Shown here one piece after another: positions 35,539 to 44,793 of a stretch of DNA of 55,260 nucleotides. Under the pieces are notes generated by a model, which was not told the DNA's origin, did not search any database, and saw nothing but the letters and a program-made list of their open reading frames with translations. The number at the start of each line of letters is the position of its first letter. Within the stretch, counting starts at the first letter, position 1. The translations under genes and the position numbers were made by a program. Source of the stretch: a virus (lineage: Duplodnaviria; Caudoviricetes); IMG/VR virus record IMGVR_UViG_3300020220_002267, positions 1-55,260 of that record. One strand, 5' to 3'.

Positions 35539-36245
35539 ACCTGTTCTCTTGCACCACAGAACGGTACGACCTCCTGTACGCCCGCTGGCTCGTGAAGCCC
35601 GGGGAACTTCTCGACCTCGCGGGCTACCAGCCAGGCATGAAGCTCCTCGACCTGTGTGGCGGAACAGGGGCCGTGACCCAAGAAGCACTCCGTCGAGGTG
35701 CGGACCCCAAGAGCATCACCCTCTACGACCTCAACCCGAGGCTGAAGGGGGCTTCAGGGGTGCGTTGTGTTCGCGGAAGGGCCGAACGGATCCTCGACGT
35801 CATCCCCGAACGAGACACCTACGACCTCATCATCTGTCGTCAGGCCATCGCCTACATCGACCTCAAGCACGAGTCCCACAGACCGCCCGTCGGAGGTGAC
35901 TTCACCCACGCCATCTGGAACCTGCTGCGACCTGGCGGCAAGTTCGTCTTCAACTCCTTCGTCCGCCCTCGCTGGGCCTTGAAGTCCTACGAACACGAGG
36001 GCCGTCAGTACGTGGAGGCGTCCGGGTGGATCCCCGACCTTCGAGGGGGACGGGTCGGGCATCTACAGTGGTGTCGCGGACAGGGGGCCGACATCACGAT
36101 GTTCCGCTGGCACCCCGAACTCGAACTGCACCTCGCGCTCGAGCGGTTTCGGGTCGACCTTCACCGGTCAGAACGAGGACTTCGGTGGGTCTGCACGCGC
36201 CCCCGCGAAGAATCTCACCCGCAGAGGTTCAGCCCTGGGGTCTGA
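35535..36245 (+). CDS. Class I SAM-dependent methyltransferase
   Basis: LLDLCGGTG, YDLIIC, LLRPGGKFVF. Confidence 0.85.
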   Translation: MNLFSCTTERYDLLYARWLVKPGELLDLAGYQPGMKLLDLCGGTGAVTQEALRRGADPKSITLYDLNPRLKGASGVRCVRGRAERILDVIPERDTYDLIICRQAIAYIDLKHESHRPPVGGDFTHAIWNLLRPGGKFVFNSFVRPRWALKSYEHEGRQYVEASGWIPDLRGGRVGHLQWCRGQGADITMFRWHPELELHLALERFRVDLHRSERGLRWVCTRPREESHPQRFSPGV

Positions 36246-36273
36246 CCGCGTAGTGAGGGTACAGGAGAATCCG

Positions 36274-37137
36274 ATGGCCCTCACCAAGATCGACCGCAAG
36301 TGGGACGACGCCACCAAGACCACCGTGGTGGTGGTCGCGAATGAGTCCGAGCACGTTGGTCGCGTCCTCGACATCTACTCGAAGGTCGAGCGGATCATGT
36401 CCGACGTGTGGGACGACGTGTCCTACGCCGTCGTCCTCCTCGACGACGGTTCGACCCAGACCATCCACCTCGGCACCACCGAGTTCGGCTGGAACTACAA
36501 GGCCGAGATCGACGCCCCCGCCCAGGTCATCGCTGACTGGAAGGCCCGTGTCGAAGCGGCGGCCAAGGCGGCCCACGAGGCCCGCATGAAGTACGAGGCC
36601 GAGGAGCGTGCCAAGCAGTACGAGGCGGACTGCAAGCGTTCCGCCCTGGCTCCGACCAAGGGCCGCACCGTCACGGTGGTCAAGGGCCGCAAGGTCCCGG
36701 TCGGGACGGCGGGCGTGGTCGTGTGGGAAGGCTCGGACTCCTTCCGTGGGGAAGCCCGCATCGGCATCAAGGACGCCTCGGGCCACGTCCACTACACCGC
36801 CGCCTCCAACGCGACGGCCAACGTCACCAAGCCCGACGGGCTGACCTGGGCCGAGTTCGTCGAGGGCCAGCGGAACTCCCGCCCCGTCCGCGACTCGGGG
36901 GCCAAGATCCTCGCCACGGGTCAGGTGGGCCTCTGCTTCTTCTCCCAGGACGACCGCTTCGGCATCGCCCTCACCAGCCGCAAGGTGCAGGGTCGCTATG
37001 CGGACGTGGTGTGGGCCAACAGCGGCGAGGCGGTCCGGGTGGAAGGCCCGGTCACCCTCCCGACGGGCGAGCCCGAGGTCAAGGCCGCCCCTTCTCCGAA
37101 GGCGAAGGCGAAGGACGACGTGGTGGTCCCGTTCTGA
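36274..37137 (+). CDS. Hypothetical protein
   Basis: Class-1 motif at 36227, AGGAG SD; VTVVKGRKVPVGTAG KOW/SH3-like segment. Confidence 0.7.
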   Translation: MALTKIDRKWDDATKTTVVVVANESEHVGRVLDIYSKVERIMSDVWDDVSYAVVLLDDGSTQTIHLGTTEFGWNYKAEIDAPAQVIADWKARVEAAAKAAHEARMKYEAEERAKQYEADCKRSALAPTKGRTVTVVKGRKVPVGTAGVVVWEGSDSFRGEARIGIKDASGHVHYTAASNATANVTKPDGLTWAEFVEGQRNSRPVRDSGAKILATGQVGLCFFSQDDRFGIALTSRKVQGRYADVVWANSGEAVRVEGPVTLPTGEPEVKAAPSPKAKAKDDVVVPF

Positions 37138-37140
37138 CCG

Positions 37141-37623
37141 CTACCGCTTCCGGACGGCGGGCGTGATGCCCACTTCCTCGAGGGCCAGCTTCGAGAGGGC
37201 GTCCGCCCTCTTGTTCTGTTCTCGGGGCACCCACTCCCACCGGATCTCGAAGGCACAGGTGTCCACCACCGCCCGAACCTTCTCCAGCACGCGGATGTAG
37301 GCCCCCTGGCGAGCCTGCCACTCTCCGCGCATCTGCATCACGACCAGCTTCGAGTCGCCCCGCAGCAAGAGCGGACCGGGCCGGTTGAGTTCCTTGTAGG
37401 CTCTGACCGCCATCCCGGCCGCCACGTACTCCGCCACGTTGTTCGTCGTGTTGGGTCCAGCGGCGATGCGCCCGTGCTCTTCCTTGAGCACGACCCCCGT
37501 GAAGTCCCGGATCACAAACCCCCAACCGCCGGTCCCGCCGGGGTTCACAGGCTCGCACGCACCATCGAAGTAGCAGATGGCGTCGGGAGGTGTTGGGGGT
37601 TGGGTAGGGTCGAAGAAGCTCAC
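37141..37623 (-). CDS. rnhA: Ribonuclease HI family protein
   Basis: YFDGACEPVNPG, TNNVAEY, GDSKLVV, WVPREQNKRADAL. Confidence 0.92.
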   Translation of the reverse strand: MSFFDPTQPPTPPDAICYFDGACEPVNPGGTGGWGFVIRDFTGVVLKEEHGRIAAGPNTTNNVAEYVAAGMAVRAYKELNRPGPLLLRGDSKLVVMQMRGEWQARQGAYIRVLEKVRAVVDTCAFEIRWEWVPREQNKRADALSKLALEEVGITPAVRKR

Positions 37624-37646
37624 CCCCTGTATTACCCGAGGACACC

Positions 37647-37970
37647 GTGGACATCACCCCCGACACCTTTCAAGCCGAGGTTCTTGAGTCCACTGTCCCC
37701 GTGTTGGTGGACTTCTGGGCCGACTGGTGCGCTCCGTGCAAGGTGCTGTGGCCCCAAGTCGAACGAGTGGCCAAGGAGCATGCTGGGGTACTGAAGGTCG
37801 TGAAGCTCGATGCGAGCAAGTACACAGACTTCGCCCGGGAACACGGGATCACAGGTCTGCCCACGTTGCTGTTGTTCGTGGGAGGTCAGGTGGTGGATCG
37901 GAAATCCGGCGCACAGGGTGGCTACGCGGCGGTGAAGCAACTCGTCGCTCCACACCTCCCACAGTCCTGA
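37647..37970 (+). CDS. trxA: Thioredoxin
   Basis: PVLVDFWADWCAPCK, GITGLPTLLLF. Confidence 0.92.
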   Translation: MDITPDTFQAEVLESTVPVLVDFWADWCAPCKVLWPQVERVAKEHAGVLKVVKLDASKYTDFAREHGITGLPTLLLFVGGQVVDRKSGAQGGYAAVKQLVAPHLPQS

Positions 37971-37972
37971 CG

Positions 37973-38389
37973 ATGTACCAGTACGTCGTCGGGATCGCCT
38001 TTGCGGACGACCTTCGCACCATCCTTCTCATCAGGAAGAACCGTCCCGCGTGGCAGGCCGGCTTCCTGAACGGGGTGGGTGGGAAGCTCGAGCCGGGGGA
38101 GGACTTCCTCCCCGCGATGGTGCGGGAGTTCAAGGAGGAGACGGGGCTCGATGTGCCCGCCGAGAAGTGGCATCACGCGGTCACGTTCACGGGACCAGAC
38201 TACGAGCTTCGGTTCTTCTACACCGCTACCGACGCGATCTTCGAGGCCGCGTCCACGACGGACGAGCCCATCGAGAGACACGACATCTCCTCTCTCTGGA
38301 AGATCCCCGTGATCTCCAACCTTCGGTGGGTCATCCCGCTGTGTCTCGAGCGCGAGGTCAAGTTCCCCGTCGAATTCGGACGGCCGTAA
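37973..38389 (+). CDS. Nudix hydrolase
   Basis: GGKLEPGEDFLPAMVREFKEETGL Nudix box. Confidence 0.9.
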   Translation: MYQYVVGIAFADDLRTILLIRKNRPAWQAGFLNGVGGKLEPGEDFLPAMVREFKEETGLDVPAEKWHHAVTFTGPDYELRFFYTATDAIFEAASTTDEPIERHDISSLWKIPVISNLRWVIPLCLEREVKFPVEFGRP

Positions 38390-38442
38390 GGTTCAGTTCT
38401 CGGGTGACCGTGCGTAGTAGGGGGTGTAAGGGAGACACCCAC

Positions 38443-39162
38443 ATGTCCTGCTACGAATCGGAACACGGCTCGATCATCATCCCGACGGCCGAGTGGACTG
38501 CTTTCCGCAAGACGCTCATCAAGGCCCACAACGACGCCCAAGAGCGCGACCTCGCGGACGCCCTGAAGGCCCTCGAGGCCATGAAGGCGGCCTCCAAGGG
38601 CAAGCGTGGGGACAACCGCGCTTCGGCCGAGAAGGAAGCCCTGGCTCGGTTCAGCGGCTGTCGGATGGACCGTTTCGGGATGGAAGGCTCCGAGCAAGCC
38701 CTGTCGCGGCACAGCCGGCTGTTCAACCTCCTCTACACGGTGGCGGAAGGGGCGAAGCCCTGGGCCGAGAAGACCGTGCTCCGCACCCCGAAGAAGAAGG
38801 ACTTGAACCTCATCGCCCTCACGGGTGATGCCCAGTTCGACTGCGGCGACGGCTGCATCACCCTCCGCAACGCGGACCGCACGGTGGTCTGGTCGGTGTC
38901 GGAGAACAACCACGCCATCGAGCACGCTCGCGCCTACCCGATGGCCAAGCTCCTGTTCGGGCTCCTCGGCAAGATCGAGTGGACTCGGGGTTCGGGCGGC
39001 AAGATCGTCGGAAACGACGAATACAACCGGGACAATCGTTCCGAGGGCGGCGGCGGCAACTACGTCACCCAGGAATTCCGCCCGCTCACCAAGGCCGAGA
39101 AGGAGGCCAAGGCTCGGGCGGCCCGTTCCTACAGCTACGGCGGCTACGGCTACCGCTGGTAG
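38443..39162 (+). CDS. Hypothetical phage protein
   Basis: Class-1 motif at 38391; WSVSENNHA...WTRGSGGKIVGNDEYN. Confidence 0.7.
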   Translation: MSCYESEHGSIIIPTAEWTAFRKTLIKAHNDAQERDLADALKALEAMKAASKGKRGDNRASAEKEALARFSGCRMDRFGMEGSEQALSRHSRLFNLLYTVAEGAKPWAEKTVLRTPKKKDLNLIALTGDAQFDCGDGCITLRNADRTVVWSVSENNHAIEHARAYPMAKLLFGLLGKIEWTRGSGGKIVGNDEYNRDNRSEGGGGNYVTQEFRPLTKAEKEAKARAARSYSYGGYGYRW

Positions 39163-39462
39163 TCAGCCCTCGTTGTCGAACGCGAACTCGACCTTCTCTC
39201 CCTCGGGGCGGGGCTTCACCCACACCGAGTCCACGGCACGGAAGGTCGAAGACTCGACCTTCACCGCGTAGCGAACCTTCCCGGTGGCGAAGGCGACGGT
39301 TCGGATGTGGCCCGCCAGGCGTTGCCCCTGGATTTCGATCCACACGGGGTCACCGATGTCGAACAGCGAGGGGAACAACGCCGCCAGGAGCACCCTCTGG
39401 AGGGGCGATCCTGGCGACTGCTGTGCCGCCAGTCGGACGACCTTGGCCCGTAGATCGGCCAT
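39163..39462 (-). CDS. Small protein with degenerate IRLAH-type leader and SH3-like domain
   Basis: MADLRAKVVRLAAQQ; FDIGDPVWI...VRYAV. Confidence 0.6.
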   Translation of the reverse strand: MADLRAKVVRLAAQQSPGSPLQRVLLAALFPSLFDIGDPVWIEIQGQRLAGHIRTVAFATGKVRYAVKVESSTFRAVDSVWVKPRPEGEKVEFAFDNEG

Positions 39463-40088
39463 CAGTGACCGAAGCCCGAGGCCGTCTCGTACTTGGGCTT
39501 CCCGTCCCACCGGCTGGCGTGATGCCCTTCGATCTTGAGGGTGTTGCCCATCTGCGGCACCTTGGTCTGCGGAGGCCCCACGTAGGCCCCGGGCACGGCG
39601 GACACGTAGTCGGCCCCGCGCTCCTCGCGGACGGTCTTGGAGGCCACTTCGCGGACGACGACGGCCTTCGGCTTCAACGCCGTGACCTCGAAGAAGTCCA
39701 CGTTGGTCTGGTCGTAGCCCCACGAGGTGTAGAAGATGTCCCCGACCTTGATGTCGTGCTGGAAGTCCTTCCGCTCCTGGAGCCGGTCGGCCTTGTACTT
39801 GAGCGTGGACTTGCGGGCGGCGATGGTCTGATCGATCTCCCGCTGACGCCCAGCATCATCCCGGAAGCGGTAGTGCCACAGAGGCTTGTCCGACTTCCCC
39901 TGGAAGGCGATGCCCATGAACCGGTCACCGTCCTCCCACACCCAGATGGCGAGGTCCGTGCCCTCGGGCTGGACGAGACGAGCCTGGTCCCGCATGTGGG
40001 TCGGGATGTAGGAGGAGCGTGGCATCGGCGGAAAGCGGATGGCTTCCAGATGCCGGGCTGCGACGCGGGAGGCACTCGGGGTAGTCAT
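39462..40088 (-). CDS. Hypothetical protein with N-terminal RVAARHL motif
   Basis: GGAG SD; VGDIFYTSWGYDQTNVDFFEV. Confidence 0.7.
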   Translation of the reverse strand: MTTPSASRVAARHLEAIRFPPMPRSSYIPTHMRDQARLVQPEGTDLAIWVWEDGDRFMGIAFQGKSDKPLWHYRFRDDAGRQREIDQTIAARKSTLKYKADRLQERKDFQHDIKVGDIFYTSWGYDQTNVDFFEVTALKPKAVVVREVASKTVREERGADYVSAVPGAYVGPPQTKVPQMGNTLKIEGHHASRWDGKPKYETASGFGH

Positions 40089-40100
40089 GGGAACTCCAGA

Positions 40101-41951
40101 TCAGCAGGAAGCGTAGCCGTAGAACAGCCAGCCCTTGGTTTCACCCAGAACCACCTGCTTCCGGTTGGCGGTGACTTCGTAGGTGGAGACACGGGGGCCA
40201 CCGCCGGTCTTCTTGACGACGACCTTCTCGACCGTCACGGACGCCTTGGGGGGGATGCGTCCCGTCGCCTTGATGCGAAGCGTGCCCTGTCGCACGGCAT
40301 CTGCATCGTTTCGAGCCTCGACGATGACCGTGACCTTCTCCTCCTTGAGGAGCCGCTCCTCGGTCACCGGAACAGCGAAGGCGGGGCCCCACTTGTCGTT
40401 CTTGTCCATGTCCTTGTGGGCGAAGTCATACGCCTGGGACCGGGTCATCGGGTCGCGGCTGCGGATCTCGTAGCTGTGCTTCTCGTTGATGGTGCCCGAG
40501 TAGCTGTCGTGGCCCTTCATGTAGCGGGACTCCTCGACCGCCTCGCGGAACGCCTTCTTCGGATCCGCACCGTCCACGTAGTTGTCGAAGCCGCATGCAC
40601 CCGCCGTGCGGTTCTGGAAGTAGGCGTCCGCGACCCGCTGTGCGGCGGTACGGCTCGACTCCCTCACCATGTTGAAGCGCAGGGTGTAGCTCTGACGGAT
40701 CGAGTTGAAGCCCTTGTTCTGGAGTTGGAGCGCCCGCTCGATTTGGGACGGACTCCGACCCATCGGAGCGGGGTCGATTCCGCGTGCTCGAGCGATGGTG
40801 CGCCATTGGTCGAGCGTCCGCTTGTTGCTGCTTCGCTCGGGGAACTTGGTGTCGACCAGCTTGGTGATGTCGGCCTCGGTCGTGACATTCACGCCGCTCC
40901 AACCCTGGCCGTTCTCACGAAGCGTCACCGTCCAGTTCTGAACGACAGGCGTGACCCGCCAGGTGGCCTTGGCCGTGGTCACCGTGAACGGAGCCGCCAT
41001 CCGGTCGCGCTCGGCGACCAGAGAGCGGAACTTGGACGACAAGAACTCGTCGTTCATCGGCGCGGGGAAGTCCCAGCCCCACCCATTGAACGCCACGGCA
41101 CCCGACCCGGTGCCACCCTCTACGCCCACCCGTGTCGCCCAAGTCACTTCCTTCAGCCCAGTCTTGGCGGACTTCAGGTGCGCTTCGATCAACTGCGTCA
41201 ACTCGGCCGCGACCTGGGCCGGGTCTTCGATGGTCAGTTCGACCTTCTTCCGCGAGCGGAACACCCCAGTCGCATCCGTGTCGTCGAGCGCCTTCACCTG
41301 CTCGACCAACTCCCGGACGAACTTGGGGAGCTTCGTGCGCCCCGTCTTGGTGACGATGTTCTTGAACGTCTTGTACCGCTTCCCGGACTCGATGCTGCCC
41401 CAGTAGAAGTCGTCCACGGCGCGGTAGCCGATCGTCAGCACATACGCCTTCGCGGTCCCCTTCTTGAGGATGACCGAACCCACCCCGTAGGCCGGGTTCG
41501 TGTCCAGGGACAGGTCCGTCTTGAAGTCGATGTCCACGTCGTCGGCCAGGTCGAAGTCGAGCACGGCATGACGCACCGCCTCGAACGCCTCCTGGAAGTG
41601 CTCGCCCACGAGGAGATCCTCGTACTTGGCGATGGCATCCTGGGCCTGCTTCAGATCGTCCTCGAACTTCTTGAGTGCCTTGGCCGCCTTCGCCTGCAAG
41701 GCCCCCATGTCATCCCTCAGTTCCGAAGGGATGTCCCGCACGCCGTAGAGGGTGCCCAAGAACGTGCGGAGCTTCGTCGTGTTGGACGTGAAGTCCACCA
41801 CGACCCGCTGTGCATCCGCCAGAGGCATCAACCCACGGGGGAGGGCCGCCAGACGAAGCCCGAACCCCTTGGCCTCAACCGAGAGAGCCGCATGCTCGTC
41901 GAGGATGTCCTGGAACAACTCCTCGGCGCGCTGTAGGTCGAATGCAGGCAT
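40101..41951 (-). CDS. Large multi-module hypothetical protein
   Basis: Class-2 variant at 41980; internal QRVADAYFQNRTA preceding a GHDSYSGTINEK domain. Confidence 0.7.
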   Translation of the reverse strand: MPAFDLQRAEELFQDILDEHAALSVEAKGFGLRLAALPRGLMPLADAQRVVVDFTSNTTKLRTFLGTLYGVRDIPSELRDDMGALQAKAAKALKKFEDDLKQAQDAIAKYEDLLVGEHFQEAFEAVRHAVLDFDLADDVDIDFKTDLSLDTNPAYGVGSVILKKGTAKAYVLTIGYRAVDDFYWGSIESGKRYKTFKNIVTKTGRTKLPKFVRELVEQVKALDDTDATGVFRSRKKVELTIEDPAQVAAELTQLIEAHLKSAKTGLKEVTWATRVGVEGGTGSGAVAFNGWGWDFPAPMNDEFLSSKFRSLVAERDRMAAPFTVTTAKATWRVTPVVQNWTVTLRENGQGWSGVNVTTEADITKLVDTKFPERSSNKRTLDQWRTIARARGIDPAPMGRSPSQIERALQLQNKGFNSIRQSYTLRFNMVRESSRTAAQRVADAYFQNRTAGACGFDNYVDGADPKKAFREAVEESRYMKGHDSYSGTINEKHSYEIRSRDPMTRSQAYDFAHKDMDKNDKWGPAFAVPVTEERLLKEEKVTVIVEARNDADAVRQGTLRIKATGRIPPKASVTVEKVVVKKTGGGPRVSTYEVTANRKQVVLGETKGWLFYGYASC

Positions 41952-42001
41952 GGCGTGTCCTCTCTCTGCCTCGGGGCGTATAGACGAAACAACGACAGGG
42001 A

Positions 42002-42793
42002 CTACCGCTTGAGAGTGCGGTCTCCCGCCACAACCATGAACGAGGAGTAGTTGGCGTTCTGCTTGCCGGACTTCCCGGCTTGCCAGTCAGAACCGATCCA
42101 ACACTCGCGGAAGTAGTTCTCGGCGGGCTCGTTGTTCCCGAGCACCTGTGTGGCGGTGACCAACGTGCCGCCCCACTCCTTGACCCGTACCGCCGCGTCC
42201 GCCACCAGGTAGATGTGGACCGGTGTGCGAACGATGGCCGTGTCCGAGGTCGTCAGCGCCTCGGAGAAGGTGGCCCCCTTCTTCCAGGCGTCCATGAAGC
42301 CCTTGAAGCGAGTCGGGTAGAAGTTCACGAACCGGCTTCCCGCCGCCGCCTTGGCTCCCAGCTTCATCCAGGTCGGGTTCATCGTCGAGCCGTAGCAGTT
42401 GCACTGCCACACCGCCCGGAGGCACGGGTACTTGACGTTCGCCTCGATGTACGACGCCGACACGGAGCCGTTGTCCCCGTAGGTGCCGTTCGACACCCGG
42501 AACTTCTTGTTCCACCCGTGGGAGAACACGTACAGGTCCACCTCGAAGCCCTGGGCCCCGAGGTCGTTGAGGTGCTTGACCAGGTTCTCCTTGGTCGGGA
42601 TGTCCACCACGTCCGCGTGCTTCGCGTCCGCATCCGACACCTGGAAGGGGCCCATGCTGGTGGCGTGATGGAGGAGGACCGCCTTGTCGTAGCCCTCCAG
42701 CGCGAGCTTCAGAGGAACCGTCTCCTGCGCGAGGCGGTTCACGTAGCTCTCCTCGCCGAAGTAGAAGAAGACCAGCGACGCTCTCTTGGACAT
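42002..42793 (-). CDS. Hypothetical protein, possible clan CD (caspase-like) His-Cys peptidase fold
   Basis: LYVFSHG and AVWQCNCYG motifs each after a beta strand. Confidence 0.45.
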   Translation of the reverse strand: MSKRASLVFFYFGEESYVNRLAQETVPLKLALEGYDKAVLLHHATSMGPFQVSDADAKHADVVDIPTKENLVKHLNDLGAQGFEVDLYVFSHGWNKKFRVSNGTYGDNGSVSASYIEANVKYPCLRAVWQCNCYGSTMNPTWMKLGAKAAAGSRFVNFYPTRFKGFMDAWKKGATFSEALTTSDTAIVRTPVHIYLVADAAVRVKEWGGTLVTATQVLGNNEPAENYFRECWIGSDWQAGKSGKQNANYSSFMVVAGDRTLKR

Positions 42794-42829
42794 GCCTGCC
42801 TCCCATGCTTTGGGAGGCGCATTGCCTCT

Positions 42830-43633
42830 TTACCGCCAAACGGTTGGGACGTAGTCGTAGCCGATCTTGTTCCTGTTCAGAAAGTCCTTGAACTGGCTTT
42901 CGTTCATGGCTTTCACGGCCTCGGGATCTGCCTTCAGCAACTTGAACAACTTGCGAGCCCCACCGGCGGACAGGGACTTGTAGAACGCCTGCATGCCTTC
43001 TGTCTGCCGCATGAACTCATCGTCGTCCTTGTCCGCGTAGAACTTGAACTCGTTCCACTTGGCGGTCCCGCCGAAGTCCTTGCCTCGGAACTGCACGGGC
43101 TTGTAATTGGCAGGCTCAACTTCGAGGAAGCTAACCTCGTCGTTCCACACGATGGACCGTGGGAAGCCCAGCTTCGTGAAGTCCGCCTCGGAGTAGACCT
43201 GGTAGGCCGCATGAGGGTACTTCTCACGGGGGTACTTCTCGACCAGTTCCAACGACTCGGCGATGAGACGGTCCTTGGCGTCCTCCAACGCCTTGTCCAT
43301 CGCAGACACCACCTGGTCGAACCCCATCCCGCTCGACAGCTTCGCGTCGTTCTTGATGTTCTCCATCAGGAACGCACTCCCGGGGTGGAACCACTGGACG
43401 TACTGGCCCGTGTTGTACGTCCGCTTCCGCAGCCGCCGCTTCACAGGCTTCCCAGGCATCTCCTGGACTTCCATGCGGTTGTCCGGGTGGTCGGCCCATG
43501 TGACCCGCACCTTGTCGTTCTCGATGAGGGTGTCCATCTCGCCCCGAGCCTGCTTCACCAAGGGCAACAAATGAGCCCTGAGCGATGGGTTCTGGTGGGC
43601 AAGACGGATCACGGCGGAACGGAGATTCGACAT
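42830..43633 (-). CDS. Protein with IRLAH leader
   Basis: MSNLRSAVIRLAHQNPSLRAHLLPLVKQA. Confidence 0.72.
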   Translation of the reverse strand: MSNLRSAVIRLAHQNPSLRAHLLPLVKQARGEMDTLIENDKVRVTWADHPDNRMEVQEMPGKPVKRRLRKRTYNTGQYVQWFHPGSAFLMENIKNDAKLSSGMGFDQVVSAMDKALEDAKDRLIAESLELVEKYPREKYPHAAYQVYSEADFTKLGFPRSIVWNDEVSFLEVEPANYKPVQFRGKDFGGTAKWNEFKFYADKDDDEFMRQTEGMQAFYKSLSAGGARKLFKLLKADPEAVKAMNESQFKDFLNRNKIGYDYVPTVWR

Positions 43634-43681
43634 GAGGGCTCCAGTGGATGACTTCTCATCCACAGGAGCCCTATCAAACCT

Positions 43682-44677
43682 CTATCGAGCCAGGAACCAC
43701 TCCCGAGCCCTCGTCTGGACCGCCTTTTCGACCTGGTTCCACACGAGCCCGGAAGCCTCAAGCTCAGCCTCCGACTCCTTCTTCACGTCCGCCGTGACCC
43801 ACTGGAGGAACTTGCCCGTGAGCTTCGGGTCCTTGATGTCACCACACGCAACGGTGAGGCCCTGCCCGAGCCGGGCATCCGTGACCATCAGGCCCACGAA
43901 CCCTCCGACCGACGTGACCACCTCGGGGGCCACCTGGACGGCCTCCTTCACCCGCGTCGTGCGGTGCTTCTCGCCCTTGGCCTTGAACATGAGCCGAGCG
44001 AGCCTCTCAGGCATACGACCATTGGCGACCGACACCGGGTAGAGCACCACGCCCTCCCCCATGCCCGTGACGCCGAAGGCAGCCTTCACCCACGGGTCCT
44101 CCTTCTCGACCGCTTCCACAACCCCGTTGAGGAGGTCGGCAGCGACCTGAAGGCTTCCCTCGTTGGCGTAGTCGAGCCAGAAGTGAACCCCGTCCATCCA
44201 CGGGAGCACGTAGACGCCCGGGATGACGTGCGGGTTGACGTAGGACGCGATCTCCATCGGGTCGGTGACGACCACGGCTCCCTCGCCGTCCCCCACCTGG
44301 ATGGCGAACACGGCGAAGAGCTTGCCGGGGAGAGCGGAGATGGCCATCCCCGGCTCGACACCGGGGCCACACCACTCACCGAACACCGTGAAGCCCGCAG
44401 GGAGCTTCCGGAACGCCGCCTCGTGGAGATGAGCCCACTTCGAGAAGCCCTTGAGGTCGGCCTCAGGCGTGAGGATGGTCTCCCGGCTCTGGGTCACGAT
44501 GCCATCGGCGTGAACCTGCACGGCACAATTCGTCCCGTGGAGCTTGACCTTCGCCTTGTAGAGCACCTTGGGGAGTGGAGCACCGCCCTCTTCGGGAGTC
44601 AGGGCGGCGAGGTGATTGAGCGTGCGAACGACGTTGTGGAGAAGCTCGATGCTGCTCCATGCGATGTGCGTAGCCAC
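43682..44677 (-). CDS. RNA ligase (Rnl2-like nucleotidyltransferase)
   Basis: KLHGTN, QSR, FGEW, VFAI, EGVV, FKAK motifs. Confidence 0.85.
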   Translation of the reverse strand: MATHIAWSSIELLHNVVRTLNHLAALTPEEGGAPLPKVLYKAKVKLHGTNCAVQVHADGIVTQSRETILTPEADLKGFSKWAHLHEAAFRKLPAGFTVFGEWCGPGVEPGMAISALPGKLFAVFAIQVGDGEGAVVVTDPMEIASYVNPHVIPGVYVLPWMDGVHFWLDYANEGSLQVAADLLNGVVEAVEKEDPWVKAAFGVTGMGEGVVLYPVSVANGRMPERLARLMFKAKGEKHRTTRVKEAVQVAPEVVTSVGGFVGLMVTDARLGQGLTVACGDIKDPKLTGKFLQWVTADVKKESEAELEASGLVWNQVEKAVQTRAREWFLAR

Positions 44678-44746
44678 AGGACACTGTCTTCGATATTACC
44701 TGCCGTACCTTCAGGCAGGCCCACCAGTCCTCTCGGACACCCTACT

Positions 44747-44772
44747 CTACGCCGGGCACGAGAAATCTGAAC
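44747..44772 (-). promoter_or_regulatory. Class-1 promoter motif GTTCAG-N15-CGTAG on minus strand
   Basis: ctacg-N15-ctgaac on plus strand, upstream of the RNA ligase. Confidence 0.65.
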
Positions 44773-44793
44773 CCGGCGGACCCAACTTTCCCA

